A stretch of DNA of 64,000 nt from Promethearchaeota archaeon. GTDB lineage: Archaea; Asgardarchaeota; Lokiarchaeia; Sigyniarchaeales; SOKP01. Position 1 is the first letter of the stretch. Each line of letters begins with the position of its first letter. The translations under genes were made by a program, and so were the position numbers. The notes below the pieces were generated by a model that did no database searches, was not told where the DNA came from, and saw only the letters and a list, made by a program, of their open reading frames with translations. Shown in pieces: positions 57,508 to 64,000 of this stretch. The DNA lies in contig JBHLLT010000003.1 of the NCBI GenBank assembly GCA_048938855.1, positions 96,001 through 160,000 of the forward strand, in the 5' to 3' direction.

Positions 57508-60000
57508 TTAATAATATAATTTTTCTACCGTTTCTCTTACTTGCCAAATATCCCTGTAGTTGTACCTCATAGGCTTATAAGTCCAAGTCTCGTACAATGC
57601 AAGTTGATCATAGGCGTGCTTGTATTCAAATAAGTAATTCATGAATCCACTTTGCCCTGGTGGAATTACATTGAAAGCATAAGGTGCTGAATTCCAAGAG
57701 TTATGCCACCATTTATGTTTTGGCATTTCTACAATTTGATTATATGTGCCACGATTCATATAGTGCATAACAGGGGGCGGTAAGGCTCCAAGAGCACTGG
57801 GAACCCAGATTCTAACTGGTGTAAGCCATTTTTCCATATCTGGGCCCAATTCATCTCTTAAATTTATCACTGCATCTTTTAACACACGATTTATTACTTC
57901 ATCTCTATCTTCTCCATTAAGATAATCATAGTTTAAAGGTAATTTTGAATCTTCACCATCAAAAATATGAATTAATGTGCTGGAACTACCACGCATGCTA
58001 GGTGGAAGGTCATCATCGAATACTTCATTATCAATCATGCTAAACCATTCATCAAAAATTGTTAAACCAGGATCATCATATGTAGCGTCCGCACTAGGCC
58101 ATTGGGGGGGGTCATAATCATTATAATGAAAGTCCCAGGCTTCTAAATAGGGTAAAGCTGCTTGAATATCTGGATCGGTGGATTTACTAGCAGCATCTAC
58201 TAAATAGCTTAAAAAATTCATCCCATCTATATGATTATATCCACAATCTCTATTAATTGCAATCATATCATCTAGAGTAAATTTAACATCAGCTGATAGG
58301 AGTTGCATTATTCTTTTGACTCGATGACCTTCTCCCCATTCTGCATCTGATTCAGCATAGGGCCAATCTGTTATTGGTTTATTATTCCAGTTTGCTAGCC
58401 AACCTTGTTTAGGATTAATACATATTGGTATATAATCTTCACCGGTAACTCCTAACCATTCTTCTTCTCCTGTTCCCCATAAGGGTAATCTATCATCGAT
58501 TGGTCTTCCATCTTTACCTGTGGTAGGTTTTATTGGCCAATAACCTGAATGCCAATATCCTATATTTCCTTTGTTATCGGCCCAATAAAAATTATGCGCT
58601 GGCTCTACTCGTTTGCACGCAAAATCAAAATCCTTAATATTTCTAGCTTGTTGAAATAGTGACCAACCTTCTTCAGCAGCCATTTCCCTCTTATAATAAG
58701 GAGTCTTCATCGTAAAACAAAGATTATTATCAAGATCCCATCCAATTATAGGTCCATGGATGGTTCTATATACATTTCTTTCTTCATAGTACATTTTTTT
58801 ATAACCATAGAATCTCTCAGTTCTTACTTCCATATCAATAAATCCCCCGTTATACCAGTACTGGTAAGGATTTGCAGGGTTTAATACTTCAATGTAAGTA
58901 TCCATATTATCTGTAACACCAGTAGTAGACGTCCAAGCACCATATTTACTAGCACCAATCAAAATTGAAGGAGCATGAGGCATCATCATTCCCACAGCAT
59001 CAATTCCAGCTCCATGCAACCCTACTTCAAGAACAATTTGGGGAATAGATTGCCCCATTTGCGGACCCCCCTGTTGAAGAGCATTTTTCGTAACAGATTT
59101 TAAAGGACTGACAACCCATGCATTACTTCCGAACTTTGTAGGTAAACCTAAGGAGTTAAACAGTGCAGCTTGTCCCATTTTAAATTCATTATACTTATTG
59201 TAAACACTGATAAAATCACATGAATAATCTTTGCAAATACTCGGGTTCCACGAATTAATCTGTTGTACATCAGGCCAAGCTCCTTCTTCTATAGGTATTG
59301 TAACTTCTGCTCCTGGATCATTTTGGGGATAAAGATCATTAAAAATGTCCCATCCAATAGCTTCTCCATGAAGGTTTATAAGCCCTTGTAGAGCACTTAC
59401 ATATGATAGTTCATTACCTCCACATCCTCCAAATCTCCAAGCCATCATAACTACTATAGCCACGCAATCTTCAATTGTCCAAGGTTCAATTGGAAGAAGA
59501 CCATCGGGGAAAAGTACGCCTGGAAGATATTCTATAGGAATAAGAGAAGGATCACCTTCCTCATAATATCTTCTATGAGCTTCATCAATATAAGCATTAA
59601 CCCCATCAACGTAAGCAAACATCATTTCTTTAAGCTTTGCTTTAGGATCAGATGGTACCCAATCTTCAAATATTTCCAAAAGCTCTTCTTTACTATATGC
59701 CATGCTTCTAATATAGTAATCTTGATCAAAACTAGCTAATCCAAATTCAGCGAGACTACCATATCCTTGCCTACGATATAAATCTGCTTGCCATAACCTA
59801 TCTTGCGCCATTGCATAACCGCAACCAAACGCTAATCCCTCTTTCGTACTTGCAAAAACATGGGGAACTCCATAATTATCTCTAATAATTGTAATCTTTT
59901 TCTGTCCCCAGGCTTTTCCATTGGAACAGGCTGAAACTACAGGACTTAAAGAAAATATTATTAATATAGACAAAAATGCAATCCACAATCTTTTCTTCAT
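57508..60000 (-). CDS. Penicillin acylase family (Ntn-hydrolase), secreted
   Basis: Signal peptide; IIRDNYGVPHV, GYAMAQDRLWQ, GSNAWVV (beta-chain N-terminal Ser), RTIHGP, ANWNNKP, PPGQSG. Confidence 0.93.
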   Translation of the reverse strand: MKKRLWIAFLSILIIFSLSPVVSACSNGKAWGQKKITIIRDNYGVPHVFASTKEGLAFGCGYAMAQDRLWQADLYRRQGYGSLAEFGLASFDQDYYIRSMAYSKEELLEIFEDWVPSDPKAKLKEMMFAYVDGVNAYIDEAHRRYYEEGDPSLIPIEYLPGVLFPDGLLPIEPWTIEDCVAIVVMMAWRFGGCGGNELSYVSALQGLINLHGEAIGWDIFNDLYPQNDPGAEVTIPIEEGAWPDVQQINSWNPSICKDYSCDFISVYNKYNEFKMGQAALFNSLGLPTKFGSNAWVVSPLKSVTKNALQQGGPQMGQSIPQIVLEVGLHGAGIDAVGMMMPHAPSILIGASKYGAWTSTTGVTDNMDTYIEVLNPANPYQYWYNGGFIDMEVRTERFYGYKKMYYEERNVYRTIHGPIIGWDLDNNLCFTMKTPYYKREMAAEEGWSLFQQARNIKDFDFACKRVEPAHNFYWADNKGNIGYWHSGYWPIKPTTGKDGRPIDDRLPLWGTGEEEWLGVTGEDYIPICINPKQGWLANWNNKPITDWPYAESDAEWGEGHRVKRIMQLLSADVKFTLDDMIAINRDCGYNHIDGMNFLSYLVDAASKSTDPDIQAALPYLEAWDFHYNDYDPPQWPSADATYDDPGLTIFDEWFSMIDNEVFDDDLPPSMRGSSSTLIHIFDGEDSKLPLNYDYLNGEDRDEVINRVLKDAVINLRDELGPDMEKWLTPVRIWVPSALGALPPPVMHYMNRGTYNQIVEMPKHKWWHNSWNSAPYAFNVIPPGQSGFMNYLFEYKHAYDQLALYETWTYKPMRYNYRDIWQVRETVEKLYY

Positions 60001-60034
60001 TTTATTAGATCACTTTTTTTTGGATTTACAATTC

Positions 60035-60050
60035 TGGCAAATTATTGCCA
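60035..60050. promoter_or_regulatory. Palindromic candidate operator between divergent genes
   Basis: TGGCAA-atta-TTGCCA, 35 bp upstream of the acylase start. Confidence 0.3.
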
Positions 60051-60214
60051 AAGTTCTATTTTGTACATTTATATTTAAACTTTTTTGTCGTATTATTAAG
60101 GGGATATTCTATCCCATTATCTTCCCTAATTGACATCTAGAACCTCTAAACTTTTAATGAATCTGTACATATAATAAAGTAGTAATAGAAACAAAGAGAA
60201 AAAAGTGAAAATAA

Positions 60215-61477
60215 ATGCCAACTTCAAAAGAATTCATTGAAATGGATAATAAGTATGCTGCTCATAATTATCACCCCATACCAGTAGTAATTTCGAGAGC
60301 TGAAGGAGTTTATGTTTACGATCCAGAAGGTAAGAAATATTTGGATTGTTTATCCGCATATTCAAGTCAGAATGCGGGACATTGTCACCCTGAAATTGTT
60401 GCTACACTAAAGGAACAAGCTAGTATAGTTACCTTGACTTCACGTGCTTTTCATAACGATAAGATGGGCCCTTTTCTAAAAATGTTGGCGGAAGTGGTTG
60501 GACCACATATTAATGACCCTAAAAATTCGGGAATTATGAGTCTACCAATGAACACCGGTACAGAAGCTGTCTCAACTGGTTTAAAAGTGGCTCGTGCGTG
60601 GGGTTATATAAAGAAAAAAATCCCAAAGAATGAAGCTAAGATAATTGTCTGTCGAGGTAACTTCCATGGTCGAACTATAACAATTGTGGGCTTTAGTTCA
60701 GATATTTCAGCTGCACGCTATTTCGGTAATTTTGGCCCCTATACCCCTGGTTTTAGAGTTATCCCTTATGGAGACGCTGAAGAATTTGAAAAAGTAATAC
60801 TAGAAATAGGTCCAGAAAAAGTAGCTGCTTTTTTAGTTGAACCCATTCAAGGAGAAGCAGGAGTAAAAGTTCCTCCAGAAGGATATTTAAAAAGAATTAG
60901 AGAAATTTGTACAAAATATAATGTATTATTAATTTTGGACGAGATTCAAACTGGTTTTGGCAGAACTGGAGCATTTTTTGCATGTAATCATGAAGATGTG
61001 AAACCAGATATGTTACTTTTAGGAAAAGCTCTTGGAGGAGGAGTATACCCCGTATCTGCATGTGTATCTACAAAAGAAATTATAGGTCCTGATGTAATAA
61101 TTCCTGGAACTCATGGAAGCACTTTTGGTGGTAATCCATTAGCAGCAGCTATTGGAATGAAATCAATTGATATTCATTTACGCGAGAATCTTGCTGAACG
61201 AGCCAAAGAGATGGGAAATTATTTCATAAAAAGGTTAAAAGAAGTAGCTGAAAAAAGAACCAGAATTCCTATTAAGGAAATTAGAGGTAAAGGATTATTG
61301 ATTGCTGTTGAATTCACTGAAAGTGCTAGAAAGATTGTAGAAGAACTTAAGGATAATGGAATTTTAGCGAAGGATACTCATTCTACAATAATTAGATTTG
61401 CCCCACCTTTAGTAATTACGAAGGATGATATTGATTGGGCAATTGAAATTATTGAGAAAGTATTTGTAAAATCATAA
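60215..61477 (+). CDS. rocD: Ornithine--oxo-acid aminotransferase
   Basis: AHNYHPIPVV, DCLSAYS, TLTSRAFH, PMNTGTEA, NFHGRT, EPIQGEAGV, DEIQTGFGRTG, GKALGGG, HGSTFGGNP, KDTH..IIRFAPPL. Confidence 0.93.
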   Translation: MPTSKEFIEMDNKYAAHNYHPIPVVISRAEGVYVYDPEGKKYLDCLSAYSSQNAGHCHPEIVATLKEQASIVTLTSRAFHNDKMGPFLKMLAEVVGPHINDPKNSGIMSLPMNTGTEAVSTGLKVARAWGYIKKKIPKNEAKIIVCRGNFHGRTITIVGFSSDISAARYFGNFGPYTPGFRVIPYGDAEEFEKVILEIGPEKVAAFLVEPIQGEAGVKVPPEGYLKRIREICTKYNVLLILDEIQTGFGRTGAFFACNHEDVKPDMLLLGKALGGGVYPVSACVSTKEIIGPDVIIPGTHGSTFGGNPLAAAIGMKSIDIHLRENLAERAKEMGNYFIKRLKEVAEKRTRIPIKEIRGKGLLIAVEFTESARKIVEELKDNGILAKDTHSTIIRFAPPLVITKDDIDWAIEIIEKVFVKS

Positions 61478-61479
61478 TA

Positions 61480-62397
61480 TTAGTTATCTAGATATAAATA
61501 AGTTCCAGCTTTTCCTTCCAAGGCTTCCTTTATTTTTTCAATTGAAGTAATAATAGCTCTTTCTCCACCTGATTCCAAGAAGCTGATTAAAGCTTGAATT
61601 TTAGGACCCATGCTACCGGCAGGAAATTGTCCCTCTTCCAAATAATTTTTAGCTTCAGATGTGGATAATTTATCAAGTTGTTTTTCTTTTGGAGTTCCAT
61701 AATTAAGAGCTACTTTCTCCACATCAGTAGCAATAAGCAATATATTTGCGCCTATTTGTTCCGCTAATTTAGAACTAGCTAAGTCTTTATCTATTACTGC
61801 TTCTACACCGTATAATTTCTTTTCTTCTTTTATAACTGGTATACCACCACCTCCACAAGCTATTACAATCCAACCTCCTAACTCCATTAACCTTTTTATT
61901 TCACGCCATTGATAAATTTTTATAGGTTTAGGGGAAGGAACTACTTGACGCCATCCTTTTGATGTTTTTACTTGTCCTGGTTTCGTACGGACTGGATATG
62001 CTGGACCAATTGGCTTTGTAGGATTTTTAAAAGCAGGATCATTTGAATCAACTTTAACATAGGTTAAAACTGTGAGGAAAAGCTTTTTTTCATCAAGATC
62101 TATTTTCATAAGTTCCTCATCTAAAGTACTCTCAATCATAAAACCAATCTGCCCTTGAGTTTCTGCCACTAATATTTGCAACGGTCTTTTTGATACAAAT
62201 TCAGTTGCTTCCTGCTGCAATAAGAGGTTTCCAACTTGTGGGCCATTACCATGCGTTATAATTATGTTATAATCTCTAGCTAATTCTGCGATCTGACGTA
62301 TTGGTACTCTTAGATTCCTAAATTGTTCTTCTGTTGTACCTTCTTCTCCAAATTTAATTAAAGCATTCCCACCTAAAGCTACTATTAAAGTTTTCAT
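61480..62397 (-). CDS. arcC: Carbamate kinase
   Basis: VALGGNAL, THGNGPQVG, DPAFKNPTKPIGP, VVPSPKP, CGGGGIPV, EAVIDKD, GSMGPK. Confidence 0.95.
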   Translation of the reverse strand: MKTLIVALGGNALIKFGEEGTTEEQFRNLRVPIRQIAELARDYNIIITHGNGPQVGNLLLQQEATEFVSKRPLQILVAETQGQIGFMIESTLDEELMKIDLDEKKLFLTVLTYVKVDSNDPAFKNPTKPIGPAYPVRTKPGQVKTSKGWRQVVPSPKPIKIYQWREIKRLMELGGWIVIACGGGGIPVIKEEKKLYGVEAVIDKDLASSKLAEQIGANILLIATDVEKVALNYGTPKEKQLDKLSTSEAKNYLEEGQFPAGSMGPKIQALISFLESGGERAIITSIEKIKEALEGKAGTYLYLDN

Positions 62398-62475
62398 AAA
62401 AGGTCATTCATTTATTTAATAGAAAAATAAGACAATTTTGCTTTTTATTTAAAATTTTTTTCATGCCTAAGATTA

Positions 62476-64000
62476 TTATTGGATAGCAGATTTAGACAGA
62501 AATGAATCAGTAAGTAAATTCTCTAGTATTGGAATATCTTTTATTTGAATTTCCTGGTTTGTCTGATAATATTTATTAAAAGTCTGCCAAACCGTATTAT
62601 TGTTTAATATTTTATCAATAAAATTCTGTAATTTCTGTTGAGCCAAATATGATTGACCTTTGAATAAATAGCAAACTAAGAATGGTGAAACGGCTTTCAT
62701 TAAAAGAGTATATTCGCCAAATTTTGCGCGCTCAAGTCCTTCAGATAACATCTCATCGCTGAAGGAATTAAAAGCAGTTAAAAACCCACTCCAGAGATGG
62801 TCTTTAAATGAAAACTCATCCATAAAAGCTTTAGAAAAAATGGGAGTTCCTCCTTCAGAAGTTATTAAAAGAACAACTGGATTTTCATTCAGTGCTTTTA
62901 AAGATTCATCAACATGTTTATGGAGCATATTTTCAATCTGATCTCCTAAACGTGTAAACTTAATCCTTTCGGCAATCGGAGCTTCAGAATTTTGCAAATT
63001 TTCCCATGTATGTAATTGTCTTAATAACTCATCGTGTTCATTTGAAATTTCAATGGCTAATTGCTGCATTCCATATTTATTTGCAATTTGTTGAGCTTGA
63101 GTTAAATGTTTCCTTGCTTGTTTTATTTCTATTGTAATTAAAGCTAATTTCGCTTGTAATATATAAGTTTCACATAGAATATAATGTGAATGTGAATATC
63201 CTGCAATTTCAAGAAGACTGTTAATTATTGGATTAATATCTTTCAGTACTTCTAAATTATTAGAGGTCTGCAATTCAGTTAGATATAGATTGCATAATTG
63301 AATTAGTATTTCTATTTTAAGCCCAAAATTTGCTTCTGCCTTTTCAAGTAGTGTTAATAACATATCTTCTGCTTTAGCTTTATCTCTTGTTCGAGGACTT
63401 CGTTTAAGTATCAAAGTCTCATAAAAAATTACCCATAAATCTATAACTGTGTTCTTAAAGCGATCTTTAATCTGTTTCAATTTGTCTAAATATATATTTG
63501 CTAAGTGAATATCATCTTTATATAAACATAATTCAATAGCAGTGCCAATAGGGCCGAAAGTTGTAAATATTTCTCCGATTTCTCTATAGATCTCGATACT
63601 TTTTCCTATATATTTTAATGCTTCATCATATTTTCCTTTGTTTCCCATTATATTTCCGATTAGAGCATAACTCCTTGCTCTAAAAGATTCATTATTGATT
63701 TCTTCAAAGATTTTTAATGCTTCTTGATAATAATTTAGTGAACGATTTAATTCTCCTTTATAAAGATAGCTATTTCCTAAGTGATTTAATAGAAAACCAA
63801 TTCCATACTTATGGTTAAGCTCCTCAGCAATCCTTAAACCATGTTCAAAATTGTGTATAGATTTATCTAGATCTCCTTTAGAATATAAATAAGTTATCCC
63901 AATGCACATAAATGTCATTGCTTTTCCTAAATGAAGATCTAATTTATCCCATAATGACAGACTGTGCTTCAAATATCCTAAACCTTTTTCTGCATCCTTT
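62476..64000 (-). CDS. TPR-repeat protein with C-terminal longin-like domain (5' end outside the window)
   Basis: TPR repeats (LNHLGNSY..KGE...SL.YY..AL). C-terminal PVVLLITSEGGTPIFSK...LWSGFLTAFNSFSDEM...FLVCYLF. The frame is open to the window edge. Confidence 0.82.
   Translation of the reverse strand, partial: KDAEKGLGYLKHSLSLWDKLDLHLGKAMTFMCIGITYLYSKGDLDKSIHNFEHGLRIAEELNHKYGIGFLLNHLGNSYLYKGELNRSLNYYQEALKIFEEINNESFRARSYALIGNIMGNKGKYDEALKYIGKSIEIYREIGEIFTTFGPIGTAIELCLYKDDIHLANIYLDKLKQIKDRFKNTVIDLWVIFYETLILKRSPRTRDKAKAEDMLLTLLEKAEANFGLKIEILIQLCNLYLTELQTSNNLEVLKDINPIINSLLEIAGYSHSHYILCETYILQAKLALITIEIKQARKHLTQAQQIANKYGMQQLAIEISNEHDELLRQLHTWENLQNSEAPIAERIKFTRLGDQIENMLHKHVDESLKALNENPVVLLITSEGGTPIFSKAFMDEFSFKDHLWSGFLTAFNSFSDEMLSEGLERAKFGEYTLLMKAVSPFLVCYLFKGQSYLAQQKLQNFIDKILNNNTVWQTFNKYYQTNQEIQIKDIPILENLLTDSFLSKSAIQ

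Noticed and set aside
663-60133. Short antisense or overlapping ORFs in the track (for example 663-860, 8873-9301, 21325-21678, 44483-44785, 59921-60133)
   Set aside because: They overlap well-supported genes and have no motifs, so I treat them as shadow ORFs.
1-64000. CRISPR arrays, tRNA or rRNA genes, transposases, integrases
   Set aside because: I saw no regularly spaced repeats, GC-rich structural RNA genes or mobile-element ORFs.

Overview
An AT-rich (about 30% GC by eye), gene-dense chromosomal segment of an anaerobic archaeon. It is most likely an Asgard archaeon of the Lokiarchaeia (Promethearchaeia) type. That assignment is inferred from three tandem Rab-like small GTPases, a TPR protein with a C-terminal longin-like domain, GGTGA ribosome-binding sites, and two tungsten-type aldehyde:ferredoxin oxidoreductases. 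The main metabolic feature is a bacterial-type lysine fermentation cluster (kat, kce, kdd, kamA, kamB, kamD, kamE) that appears to use the 3-aminobutyryl-CoA aminotransferase (Kat) branch instead of Kal. Next to it are an EamA/DMT transporter fused to an Lrp/AsnC amino-acid-binding (RAM) domain, a stand-alone RAM protein, ornithine aminotransferase and carbamate kinase. Other notable items: an unannotated box C/D guide RNA with a 12-bp terminal stem (22127-22215); an HdrC/D-like protein with a GltD-type flavin module inserted inside its CCG domain, next to a reductive-dehalogenase-like gene; a RapA-like SNF2 ATPase; a corrinoid protein with a UroD/MtaA-family partner; a KDSR-like reductase; and two genes that appear to start at ATT. 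I saw no rRNA, tRNA, CRISPR array or transposase. All family calls come from motifs recognised by eye; no searches were run.
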